DNA of 32,000 nucleotides from Planctopirus limnophila DSM 3776 (GTDB lineage: Bacteria > Planctomycetota > Planctomycetia > Planctomycetales > Planctomycetaceae), in assembly GCF_000092105.1 (NCBI RefSeq), contig NC_014148.1, positions 570,001 to 602,000 on the forward strand. The letters run 5' to 3'. Below are positions 9,191 to 17,889 of the stretch, in pieces. How positions within the stretch are numbered: the first letter of the stretch is position 1; each line of letters begins with the position of its first letter. The notes under the pieces were generated by a model. It was not told the DNA's origin and made no database searches. It was given only the letters and a program-made list of their open reading frames with translations. A program made the translations under genes and the position numbers.

Positions 9191-9739
9191 GTGATGCCCG
9201 ACGAACATCAACAGAAACGCACGATACAAAACAAGCTCAATCAACCGGTCGAGTTGAATGCCAGGCGACACACTTCATTGAAGCTGTGGATTTCTCGCTG
9301 GGGACTACGTCTCTCTGCATGTCGATGGTGTGTCGCTTTCTGGCAGAGATCTCCTCATTCACCATCATCTCACCGGACTCTGAACATCGGGGAGCAGGGC
9401 GAAGCCAGAGCGGAGAAGTACTTGAAGGAGTTGGGATATCAGATTCTCGCCAGAAATCTACGCACCCGACTGGGTGAGATTGATCTTCTGGCACTCGAAG
9501 GCGAAACGATTGTCTTCATCGAGGTGAAAACCCGTAAGTCGGATGCGCGCGGCCGACCAGAAGAGGCGATTCATCCGCGTAAACAAAAACAGCTGTCGAG
9601 AGTGGCGATGGCGCTCTTGAAGTCGAAAGGGTGGTTGCATCGACAATCAAGAATCGATGTCATCACAATTACGGGAGAGCCAGAAAGCCCAGATTGTGAG
9701 CTCAGGCACTATCGCCATGCCTTTCCTTCGGTACTCTGA
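9191..9739 (+). CDS. YraN/UPF0102 family protein (restriction-endonuclease-like fold); start codon uncertain
   Basis: The core GEQGEARAEKYLKELGYQILARNLRTRLGEIDLLALEGETIVFIEVKTRKS...GRPEEAIHPRKQKQLSRVAMALL....RIDVITI matches the YraN pattern (GE..A..YL...GY.IL.RN.R...GEIDLI.....LVFVEVK.R). The conserved core begins near 9383. There is no in-frame ATG/GTG/TTG between 9197 and the core. Confidence 0.7.
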   Translation: MMPDEHQQKRTIQNKLNQPVELNARRHTSLKLWISRWGLRLSACRWCVAFWQRSPHSPSSHRTLNIGEQGEARAEKYLKELGYQILARNLRTRLGEIDLLALEGETIVFIEVKTRKSDARGRPEEAIHPRKQKQLSRVAMALLKSKGWLHRQSRIDVITITGEPESPDCELRHYRHAFPSVL

Positions 9740-9778
9740 CCCGATGATTCAACCATCGCGTCATTCAAACGCTATGAC

Positions 9779-10183
9779 CTAACGTAATGGCAAAAGATCG
9801 GTTTCCAGGTCAAAGCGGGAATCGTCTTCCTCCCGGCCTTCCTGTGGCTTCCAGTTCACCAGGTCACTGAAGTCAAGAAAGCCATCGTCCAGTTCGTCTT
9901 CATCGGTCGTCGATGAATAGTGATTCGAACCTGCACTCAAGTGAGGCTGTGTAAAAAAAGTCTCACCCGTGCTTGAGTCACCGAATGGAACATCCTCAGT
10001 CGATGATTCGTTGGTCGAATCATCTTCAGGATTAAGCCATAGCGTTTCGATGCGTCGGGTTTCCGGCTGCCGGGTCTGAAGAATCTCAAGCCTGACGAAG
10101 GCTGGCTGAATCTCAATCACTCGAATGATCGTATCATCACCAACAATGAGACACTCGTTCACAGCTCGTGAAAACTCAAGCAT
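9779..10183 (-). CDS. Divergent CsrA-like RNA-binding domain protein with a long acidic C-terminal tail
   Basis: MLEFSRAVNECLIVGDDTIIRVIEIQPAFVRLEILQTRQPETRRIETL aligns by eye with CsrA ([47 protein letters not shown]). It is followed by about 85 residues rich in D/E/S/T. An alternative start lies 4 codons upstream (10195). Confidence 0.6.
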   Translation of the reverse strand: MLEFSRAVNECLIVGDDTIIRVIEIQPAFVRLEILQTRQPETRRIETLWLNPEDDSTNESSTEDVPFGDSSTGETFFTQPHLSAGSNHYSSTTDEDELDDGFLDFSDLVNWKPQEGREEDDSRFDLETDLLPLR

Positions 10184-10194
10184 CCTGAACCTCA

Positions 10195-10434
10195 TCAGTT
10201 GTATTCCGGTATCACTTCCACACGACCTGCGAGTATGAGCCAGGCATTTCGCGTCCGAGTGATGTCATCAATTGAGGGGTCATTCTGCCGACGGACATCA
10301 ACTCGCACAAGTCGGAAAATCATCTTGGCGCATAGTTCCGTAAACCTTCTCAACGTCAAGAAGTACCGCAACATTTCCCAAGATTTTTCTGCTGAAAAGC
10401 CAGTGAAATTGCCCTTGCATTGAAGACTCATCAC
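10195..10434 (-). CDS. Hypothetical small protein (79 aa); weak call
   Basis: This is an ORF only. Its TGA (10197..10195) overlaps the upstream ATG (10195..10193) of the CsrA-like ORF. I recognised no family. Confidence 0.25.
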   Translation of the reverse strand: MMSLQCKGNFTGFSAEKSWEMLRYFLTLRRFTELCAKMIFRLVRVDVRRQNDPSIDDITRTRNAWLILAGRVEVIPEYN

Positions 10435-10596
10435 TGATCACAGCACGTCCCGGAGAGTGATACTGAATCATGTCAAGTGTTGGGTCGTCGCTTCTATTGG
10501 CTTCAAAAAAAATCATCAAGTATGGCCCAGACGCTTGCATCCCCAATGCATTGTCTTTCTCGCTGGATCAACAGTCCAATGTCGTGATGCGATCAA

Positions 10597-13500
10597 CTAT
10601 CGATTGAGGAGTTGCCCAGGGCTCAGCCTGCGGGCTGCAAATGCCGGCTTGAGAGAGGCATCCATCAGAGAATCCACTCCTTCCAGTCGTGCCAGTGTCT
10701 GGCCTTGTCGATTCAGGATTTCCACATCCATGCTGACGACATGGGCTGTCGTCTTCTGGATGCGGCACGTGATGATCACACCTTCGGCAGGCCACTTTCT
10801 TTGGAGAATTTCAATGCGGCGAATTCCAGTCGGTAACGACGGCATGCCACGCTGTTGCCAAGCCCAGACAATCGCCATCTGAAAGATCACATCCAAGACA
10901 AGGGGATCAATCAGCCAACTGTGACGATGAGGTTTATGCATCCACAACCGAGGGGCCTCTGCCACGCGCGAGATCACGCTGAGTTGTCGTTCATTGCAGG
11001 TCAGAACCTGCTCGATGCCCTGCATGAGAGGGCCATGAAACAACCATTCCTGATACAGATCAGCGGGCAGGATTGAACGATCAAACGAGTCTCCTCGCAA
11101 TTCGTTGGTGGTGGTTACGGGAGTTTGATCGATGGTCTGCCCCGTCATGATGACGTCTGCTGTGGCGTGCAGCAGCGTTCGTCCAGCCGCTTCGCTGGTC
11201 AACCGGGCTTGCCATGGTTGAACCCATCCACTGGTGTGGCGGGGGCTGTCAGCTTCGGCTAAAGGCTCCAGTTGAACCTTGAGGTGAGCGAGTTCATGAG
11301 AACTGAGGCGGACACCCTTCATCACTTTGACGTTCTCAAAACCACTCAGTGCCATCCCCGGGGAAAGATGTGCTGCCCCATGAGCCATCCATTCGAGCAT
11401 CATCGCCAGCGGAAGGACCGCTTTTCCTCCAATCACATGATCATCCAGAAAAGGATGGTCATTGACTGACAGTAATCGATCAAACCCCTGTCGACTGGCC
11501 ACGACTGGCTTAGTCTTTTCAATGGGCGTTTGTGACTCAACGAGTGTTGCCGCAGCCGTCGGTTGGACAGGAGCCAGGACGACGATTTCGACCGGCCGCT
11601 CGCTCGACTGGCAATACTCGCTGGCAAAAATCGAAGCACCTTCCCGCAGGGGAATCAATCCCACCTGTTCTTTGGAAAAAATGGCTCGCAACTGATCATT
11701 CACCATCCCGCCATCCCATGGCCCCCAGTTCCACGAGGTCACATGACACTCGGGATGCTGCGCTGCCCATCCCCGCGCCTGCTTATTGAGAATTTCATTG
11801 GCAATCGCGTAGTCGGCCTGTCCCGTTCGGCCGTATCGACCGGTGAACGAAGAGAATAGGCCCAGCATGCGCAATTGAGATGGATCAATAGCGGCAAGGA
11901 GATGCTTCAGCCCCTGAACCTTCACACGCATGACATCGTCAAATTGCTCCCGGGTCTTACGCTCAATCCGCGCATCCGCAATCACACCCGCCCCGTGAAT
12001 CAAACCCCGGATGGGGCCCATAGTGGCCACAATCTCTGCCAACGCGTGGCGGACACTGGAGGGATTCGAAACATCCACCCGTTGATAAACGGCTCGCACA
12101 CCAGCCTTCGCAAAACGATCAAGATTGGTACGGAGTTCCTGCTGCGCCAATCGTTGACGGGCTTCATCCGCTACCATTCGAGGTGTCCAGCCGACGGGAT
12201 TTTCGCTCATGATCTGCTGACGGAATTCGATTTCCGTCAGTGGTCGGTCATTCTCGCTGGTCGTCGCAGAAAGTTCAGGAGGCGGAGTTCGCCCCAATAG
12301 CACCATGGTTGTCCCCAGGGCTTTGCCGAATTCAAGGGCGGCTTCCATCGTCACGCCGCGGGCACCACCTGAGACAACGACGAGATCGCCAGTAGACAGA
12401 ACGGGGTTCGCTTGGGCAGTTGCTCCCTGCACATCGAGCGTGTTCCATTCCACCTGAACTTCTACGGGAGATCCTCCCGGAAACTGCGCGATCCCCGTCT
12501 CGAGGGGGCCTGTGGCCAAAAGTTCTTCCACAAGCTGCGGTACAGCCTCTGTGTGGGAAAGTTGTCCTATGTCGAACACTCTCGCAGTGACTTCGGGCCA
12601 TTCGTGCCGAGCGGTCTTGATGAGCCCGGTCAATCCGCCCGATTCTGGAGCGACGATGTGGCGAGGAGCGTTGGAGTCCAAAACTCCAAAGTGGCCATTG
12701 AGACGGACAACGCCGCCTAACAATCGTCTTTCACCGGCCACAACATCTTTGCGAAGTGCCGACGAAACCTGCTGCAGCCATTCGAGGTTCTGCCACAGGT
12801 TTGTCAAAGGGTCCTGGGCCGCTGTACTTGGGAGAAGGATCAAGCCGCTCAGAACATCGGGAACACTAACCACCGACGCACCTTGTATGGTGGCTGTCTG
12901 AGGCACAATTCGAGAGGTAATGCCCTCGTTGATCAGAGCACTGGCGAGTGCGCGGGAAAGACCGCTCTCTCCGAGGCCATCATCAGTGATCCAGACTTCG
13001 TGCCGGAATACATCCTTAGTGCGGCGTTCGCTGGCAGGTGCGAGAGCCACTGTTTTCAAAAGGCCACGCTGGAGTGTGTGTGGTTCCGGGAAGCGAACCT
13101 CACGGGGCATGGCCTGTGTGCTGCCAGCAATGGCAGTCGGGGGAAGCTCATTCTCTTTGTGAGTGGATTCAACAATGAGTCCGAATGAGCCTAGTGCATC
13201 AGATGAAGTGTTTTTTTTTAACTCATACGTGCTAACGGGAATGCCTGCAGCAGTGGTCTCCGGATAAGCCGCAACGACATCGGCGAGTGTCTGGAGCGAG
13301 CCCAGTTGTTCTGGAGAAACGACGGGCAGGTTCGGGAATCGTTCCTGCATGGCACTGAGAATCTCGACACGCTTGATCGAATCGATCCCCAGGTCGTGAT
13401 CAAGACTCATCCGCAGCTGTAGCATTTCCTTGGGGTAACCCGTTTTTTCGGCGACGACCTGCAGCAAGGCATTGGCGAGATCAGATCCGCCAGAATGTCC

Positions 13501-16500
13501 GTTTGAACCATTGGTTCCATGGGAAGCTGCTGGCATGCTCACGGAAGGAGAGGCCGAACTCTGAATCACTCCCGAGGAAGCCGCGATGCCCGCGGACGGC
13601 ACTGGTTCGCCCGGGTAGGCAGCGACGACATCGGCGAGAGTCTGAAGCGAGCCAAGCTGTTCTGGAGACACAACAGGGAGGTTCGGGAAACGTTCCTGCA
13701 TGGCACTGAGAATTTCGACCCGCTTGATCGAATCGATCCCCAGATCATGATCAAGACTCATCCGCAGTTGCAGCATTTCCTTGGGGTACCCCGTCTTTTC
13801 TGCGACCACTTCTAATAGTGAGGCAGCCAGACCGCTGGATTCGCTGACAGAACTCGTCTGCGATCGGCTGGAAGTCGGTACTGGTGCGGTCAGTTCCTGG
13901 GGAATCTTCGCAACTGCTGGTGCAGTACCTGTTGTCGATTGCGGATAGGCTGCGACGACATCGGCAAGAGTCTGAAGCGAGCCGAGCTGTTCTGGAGACA
14001 CGGCGGGCAGGTTCGGGAAACGTTCCTGCATGGCACTGAGAATTTCGACGCGCTTGATCGAATCGATTCCCAGATCATGATCAAGACTCATTCTCAGTTG
14101 CAGCATCTCCTTGGGGTAGCCGGTCTTTTCAGAGACCACTTCCAAAAGTGACGCTGCCAGTTCGGAGTTCGTCTTTCCGGCTGGAGGTGCCATAACTGGC
14201 ACAGGAGCTGGTACTGTGACTGGAACTGCTGCTGGTACCACTGCTGAGACCACAGGTTGAGCGGGTGTGATCATGGGTGGGGCCGGTGGCAAGACGGCGA
14301 CTGGCGGTATAGCCAAGATCGTTGTGGCGGGCACCGCAGGTGTCACTATGGGTGGCATTGCCGGTGGCAGAGGTGCTGCCAGTGCCTGGGTCGCAGGGCT
14401 GGTCATTGAACCATTGGGGCTGGCGGCTGGCACATGCTGAATGAGTTGTGTCAACAACTGTAAAGCCTGCTGCTGCTGCGCGAGAAATGTCTGATGTGCC
14501 AGAGCGGTCTGCTGCTGAATGGCCTGCAGTGTCTCAAGATAGGATGCCACGGGGGAAGAATCCTTGATCTGAACGGGATGAGTGAGCGGTTGTGTTTGGT
14601 TGATCTGTGCGGTGTTCGTGATGCTGTTGGTAACGAAACGATCTTCCATAGAATTCAGTGAAAATTCGGAAGACTTAGCTGATGCGCCTGTCGATGAAGA
14701 TGCCGTAGTGTGTGAACTTAACTCAGGTGACATCGATGACTTTGGTGGTGTCAATGAAGCATGCTGTTGAGCAACATCAGAAGAGCTTTGAGGCATCGAA
14801 CCAATAGCGTTGGTCAAATTGGCTCTCGGCAGTTCAGAGCTCGTTGCCGGGATTTGAACCGGCTCAGCCAACTTCGTTTTGACAGGCAGAGGTGGCTTGG
14901 GCTTGGTGTAGTTGGCACCACAGATCGGAATGGTGCCTTCCCGTGGTTCGGGGAGATGGTGATTACTCCAGAGTGTGGGGGCATCCCAATGCGCGAGTTG
15001 AAGATCGTGACCACTCACAGCCAGTTGGCCCAGTAACCAGGCCAGATCCCATTCACCTCGTCGGCGTCCTTGTGAACTATCAAGAGCCAGAGCCTGATGC
15101 GGTTGCCCACTCAGGATCGAAGAGACCAGCCCTGTCAACACGTGGCCGGGGCCCACTTCGATAAACGTGCGCACCCCTGACTGATACATCGCGCGAATCT
15201 CATCCAAAAAATGGACAGGCCTGGCCAGTTGACTGGCCAGCAGTTCGCGGGCAGCGTCTGCTTCCTGTGGATAGACTTTGGCCGATGAGTTGGCGTAAAC
15301 GGGAATCGATCCGCCATGAAAGGGAATCTGTTCGAGTGCCGGACGGAATTTGTGGGCCGCCTGTGCGACCAGCGGGCTATGGAATGCCGCAGCCACCGCC
15401 AACTGTTTGCCTCGCAGATTCCGCTGGCCCAGCAATTCACCAGCCCGGGCAATCTGATCCAGCCGACCCGAGATCACGACTTGTGAAGGGCTGTTATGGT
15501 TGGCAATTACCAGTTCGAGATTCAATTCGCGAAGTGCCTGCTCGACAACTTCACTTGAAGCATGGATTGCGAGCATGCCACCCGGCTGAAGTTCTCCTTC
15601 CGCCATGAGTTGCCCGCGCAGCATACTGAGTCGATAAAGCTCTTCAGGCGAAAATCGGCCCGCCGCACACAGAGCGGTCAATTCCCCATAGCTATGCCCA
15701 GCCACAGCGGTTGGTCGAATGCCAAACCGTTGAAGAACTCTCCATCCTCCCAGGCTGACGGCGCCTAAGGCAGGCTGTGCGACATCCGTGGCTTTCAGCT
15801 GGGTAGTGGCCAAAGCACGCGCTTCGTCATTCCAGACGTTAACAGGGTAAATTGCGTCCGATAACGTCCAGGAAAAGGCCCGATTTCCCGTTCGAGGTGC
15901 ATCCGCAAAGGCATGATTGGCAGCAGCCAGCACATCCCGCATTTCGGGAAAGAGACAAGCCAGATCGCGGAGCATTCCCGGATACTGTGATCCCTGTCCG
16001 GGGAATAAAAGTCCGATCGATCCAGAGGCGAATCCTCGCGAATAGGCGACTCCTTCGGGAAGTGTCCATTGCACAGGTGCTTCGAGAGGAGACTGCCGCG
16101 TGCGGCCGATCTGCTCGATCGCCCGTGTTGCCGGTGTTGGCCAGTCGGTCGAGGAAAGATCAGCCACCATGGCTAGTCGGCAGAGATCCTGAGCACGAAA
16201 CTGGCTCCGCAATTGTGATGCTAGCTGGCGAACTGTTTTTGGTGAACGACGAGCCTGCGCGAGAAACTCATGGATCGTTCGAATGAGCTGATCGTCATCA
16301 GGGCCACTGAACGTAAGCAGTTGAATCTGACCATCCCACCCCGGTTGGCGTGGCGGGCGGCATTCAGCCGGTGCTTCTTCCATCACACAGTGAAAGTTAC
16401 TTCCTCCAAAGCCGAACGCACTGACTCCTGCCCGCCGCTTGCGATTCAGGCCCGGCAGCCAAGGGCGGCTCTGAATGTTGACATAGAACGGGCTTTGACG

Positions 16501-17841
16501 ATCGCCGGAATTGGAGCGGAGAGCATCCGCCGGTTGATCGACTTTAATTGTCGGGGGCAGGACCTCGTGGTGAAGTGCGAGGAGCACTTTGATCAGACTG
16601 GCAATGCCTGCAGCCGCTTTGGTGTGACCAACCTGCGACTTGACGGAGCCGACAGCACACCAGGCACTTTTTGCTTCGCCGGCAACTGTTCGGGCAGCGG
16701 CCTCAAAGATCGTCGTCAGACCTTTGATTTCGGTGGCATCGCCAACTTTAGTTCCCGTCCCGTGAGCTTCCACCAGATCGATTTCGTGGGGAGAAATCCC
16801 CGCCTGCTGATAGGCATCTTCCAGGCAGCGAATCTGACCTTCGGCTTTGGGCGCATAAACCGCAGTCCCTTTGCCATCACTGGAAGTCCCCACACTGCGA
16901 ATGACACCCAGAACGCGATCGCCATCCCGTTTTGCATCGGCGAGTCGCTTGAGAACCATCAGCCCGACACCTTCACCCAGCATTGTGCCATCTGAGTTCT
17001 GGCTGAATGGCCGGGCATCTCCTGTCGGAGACAGTGCCGGCGTTTTGCTGAAGCACATATACATGAAGATATCATTGAAGGTATCGACACCTCCGGTGAG
17101 CACCATATCGCTCCGACCCGCCTGCAGTTCGAGCAGAGCCAGGTGTAACGCGCTTAATGAACTGGCGCAGGCGGCATCGACCACACAGTTCGTGCCCCAC
17201 AAGTCGAGCTTATTGGCAATTCGACCGGCAACCACGTTTCCTAGTAGCCCAGGGAAAGAGTTTTCCTGCCAGGGGACATACGCTGCCGAGATGCGCTCGA
17301 TGACATCCTGTGCCACTGAGGGGGCCACACCCGCTTCTTCGAGAGCTCGTTTCCAGTGCGGATGCCCCAGTCGAGCACCCAGTGGAATGACCATTTCGAG
17401 AGTACCGGTGACTCCGAGAATGCACGAAACCCGCGATCTGTTGAAGACTCGTTCCTGCCCGTAACCTGCGTTTTCCAACGCTCTTTTGGCGGCCACCAAC
17501 CCCAAGAGCTGGGAGGTATCAATCGCTTCAAGATTATTCGGTGAGATGCCAAATTCGAGCGGGTCGAAATCAACAGCTTTCAAAAACCCACCCCTACGGG
17601 CATAGGTTCTATCAGGAGATTTCGGGTCAGCGTGGAAATAGTCGTCGACGTTCCAGTGTGTCTCGGGAATCTCACGAATGCAGTCGACACCACGCCGGAT
17701 ATTTGACCAGAATTCCTCGGCACTGGCCGCTTCCGGAAACAGACACGACAGACCGATGACCGCAATCGGTTCTGGAGCAGATCCATGTTGCTGTGGTGTC
17801 GTAGCAAGTTGAGACATTGTCGAGGGAGCCATGCCGGTCAT
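10597..17841 (-). CDS. Iterative type I FAS/PKS megasynthase, PfaA/HglE/ArsA-like: KS-AT-ACP-ACP-ACP-KR-DH (2414 aa)
   Basis: KS: VVDAACASS (Cys codon 17169..17167), EAHGTGT, GSVKSQVGHTKAAAG. AT: FPGQGSQYPGM and GHSYGE (Ser codon 15693..15691). ACP: three copies of LGIDSIKRVEILS. KR: VVSGGARGVT and GQADYAIANE (Tyr codon 11811..11809). PKS-type DH: HPFLDDHVIGGKAVLP (His codon 11439..11437) plus the later LDVIFQ motif. There is no TE domain. Confidence 0.95.
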   Translation of the reverse strand: MTGMAPSTMSQLATTPQQHGSAPEPIAVIGLSCLFPEAASAEEFWSNIRRGVDCIREIPETHWNVDDYFHADPKSPDRTYARRGGFLKAVDFDPLEFGISPNNLEAIDTSQLLGLVAAKRALENAGYGQERVFNRSRVSCILGVTGTLEMVIPLGARLGHPHWKRALEEAGVAPSVAQDVIERISAAYVPWQENSFPGLLGNVVAGRIANKLDLWGTNCVVDAACASSLSALHLALLELQAGRSDMVLTGGVDTFNDIFMYMCFSKTPALSPTGDARPFSQNSDGTMLGEGVGLMVLKRLADAKRDGDRVLGVIRSVGTSSDGKGTAVYAPKAEGQIRCLEDAYQQAGISPHEIDLVEAHGTGTKVGDATEIKGLTTIFEAAARTVAGEAKSAWCAVGSVKSQVGHTKAAAGIASLIKVLLALHHEVLPPTIKVDQPADALRSNSGDRQSPFYVNIQSRPWLPGLNRKRRAGVSAFGFGGSNFHCVMEEAPAECRPPRQPGWDGQIQLLTFSGPDDDQLIRTIHEFLAQARRSPKTVRQLASQLRSQFRAQDLCRLAMVADLSSTDWPTPATRAIEQIGRTRQSPLEAPVQWTLPEGVAYSRGFASGSIGLLFPGQGSQYPGMLRDLACLFPEMRDVLAAANHAFADAPRTGNRAFSWTLSDAIYPVNVWNDEARALATTQLKATDVAQPALGAVSLGGWRVLQRFGIRPTAVAGHSYGELTALCAAGRFSPEELYRLSMLRGQLMAEGELQPGGMLAIHASSEVVEQALRELNLELVIANHNSPSQVVISGRLDQIARAGELLGQRNLRGKQLAVAAAFHSPLVAQAAHKFRPALEQIPFHGGSIPVYANSSAKVYPQEADAARELLASQLARPVHFLDEIRAMYQSGVRTFIEVGPGHVLTGLVSSILSGQPHQALALDSSQGRRRGEWDLAWLLGQLAVSGHDLQLAHWDAPTLWSNHHLPEPREGTIPICGANYTKPKPPLPVKTKLAEPVQIPATSSELPRANLTNAIGSMPQSSSDVAQQHASLTPPKSSMSPELSSHTTASSSTGASAKSSEFSLNSMEDRFVTNSITNTAQINQTQPLTHPVQIKDSSPVASYLETLQAIQQQTALAHQTFLAQQQQALQLLTQLIQHVPAASPNGSMTSPATQALAAPLPPAMPPIVTPAVPATTILAIPPVAVLPPAPPMITPAQPVVSAVVPAAVPVTVPAPVPVMAPPAGKTNSELAASLLEVVSEKTGYPKEMLQLRMSLDHDLGIDSIKRVEILSAMQERFPNLPAVSPEQLGSLQTLADVVAAYPQSTTGTAPAVAKIPQELTAPVPTSSRSQTSSVSESSGLAASLLEVVAEKTGYPKEMLQLRMSLDHDLGIDSIKRVEILSAMQERFPNLPVVSPEQLGSLQTLADVVAAYPGEPVPSAGIAASSGVIQSSASPSVSMPAASHGTNGSNGHSGGSDLANALLQVVAEKTGYPKEMLQLRMSLDHDLGIDSIKRVEILSAMQERFPNLPVVSPEQLGSLQTLADVVAAYPETTAAGIPVSTYELKKNTSSDALGSFGLIVESTHKENELPPTAIAGSTQAMPREVRFPEPHTLQRGLLKTVALAPASERRTKDVFRHEVWITDDGLGESGLSRALASALINEGITSRIVPQTATIQGASVVSVPDVLSGLILLPSTAAQDPLTNLWQNLEWLQQVSSALRKDVVAGERRLLGGVVRLNGHFGVLDSNAPRHIVAPESGGLTGLIKTARHEWPEVTARVFDIGQLSHTEAVPQLVEELLATGPLETGIAQFPGGSPVEVQVEWNTLDVQGATAQANPVLSTGDLVVVSGGARGVTMEAALEFGKALGTTMVLLGRTPPPELSATTSENDRPLTEIEFRQQIMSENPVGWTPRMVADEARQRLAQQELRTNLDRFAKAGVRAVYQRVDVSNPSSVRHALAEIVATMGPIRGLIHGAGVIADARIERKTREQFDDVMRVKVQGLKHLLAAIDPSQLRMLGLFSSFTGRYGRTGQADYAIANEILNKQARGWAAQHPECHVTSWNWGPWDGGMVNDQLRAIFSKEQVGLIPLREGASIFASEYCQSSERPVEIVVLAPVQPTAAATLVESQTPIEKTKPVVASRQGFDRLLSVNDHPFLDDHVIGGKAVLPLAMMLEWMAHGAAHLSPGMALSGFENVKVMKGVRLSSHELAHLKVQLEPLAEADSPRHTSGWVQPWQARLTSEAAGRTLLHATADVIMTGQTIDQTPVTTTNELRGDSFDRSILPADLYQEWLFHGPLMQGIEQVLTCNERQLSVISRVAEAPRLWMHKPHRHSWLIDPLVLDVIFQMAIVWAWQQRGMPSLPTGIRRIEILQRKWPAEGVIITCRIQKTTAHVVSMDVEILNRQGQTLARLEGVDSLMDASLKPAFAARRLSPGQLLNR
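10600..11480 (-). other. PKS domain: polyketide-type dehydratase (double hot-dog)
   Basis: HxxxGxxxxP motif (HVIGGKAVLP) in the first half. WLFHGP and LIDPLVLDVIFQ (Asp/Gln motif) in the second half. Confidence 0.75.
11700..12400 (-). other. PKS domain: ketoreductase (catalytic subdomain)
   Basis: Rossmann motif GDLVVVSGGARGVT, the HGAGV motif, and catalytic YAIAN followed by WNWGPWDGGMV. Confidence 0.8.
13255..14172 (-). repeat. Three tandem ACP-domain repeats (periods about 339-340 bp), nearly identical at protein level
   Basis: The core LLEVV(S/A)EKTGYPKEMLQLRMSLDHDLGIDSIKRVEILSAMQERFPNLP(A/V)VSPEQLGSLQTLADVVAAYP occurs three times. The phosphopantetheine Ser codons are at 14061..14059, 13731..13729 and 13380..13378. 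The DNA copies share long identical runs, for example cgcttgatcgaatcgat and ttcctgcatggcactgagaat. Confidence 0.9.
15120..16025 (-). other. PKS domain: acyltransferase (malonyl-type by motif context)
   Basis: LLFPGQGSQYPGM, GHSYGE, AFHSP and FIEVGPGHVLTGL. Confidence 0.85.
16375..17772 (-). other. PKS domain: ketosynthase
   Basis: Runs from IAVIGLSCLFPEA to GFGGSNFHCVMEE. The Cys-His-His signature is present (DAACASS, EAHGTGT, VGHTKAAAG). Confidence 0.9.
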
Positions 17842-17853
17842 TTATTCTTCAGG

Positions 17854-17889
17854 ATCTGGACAGGATGCAAAATCTGGACAGGATGCAAA
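17854..17889. repeat. Perfect 18-bp tandem direct repeat (2 copies) in the 70-bp spacer between the ER and megasynthase genes
   Basis: ATCTGGACAGGATGCAAA occurs at 17854..17871 and again at 17872..17889. The repeat ends 12 nt upstream of the megasynthase ATG (17841). Confidence 0.95.

Noticed and set aside
10195-10546. Possible Sfp-type phosphopantetheinyl transferase, suggested by FSAEKS and LLDVEKV strings
   Set aside because: The strings are in different reading frames. Their order on the transcript is also wrong, with the W/FSxKE-like motif before the GxDxE-like motif. The ORFs are far too short.
13255-14172. Regularly spaced repeats of about 340-bp period, and the 18-bp tandem at 17854..17889, considered as CRISPR-like arrays
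   Set aside because: The first are in-frame ACP-domain duplications inside a CDS. The second has only two abutting copies with no spacers. No cas genes are present.
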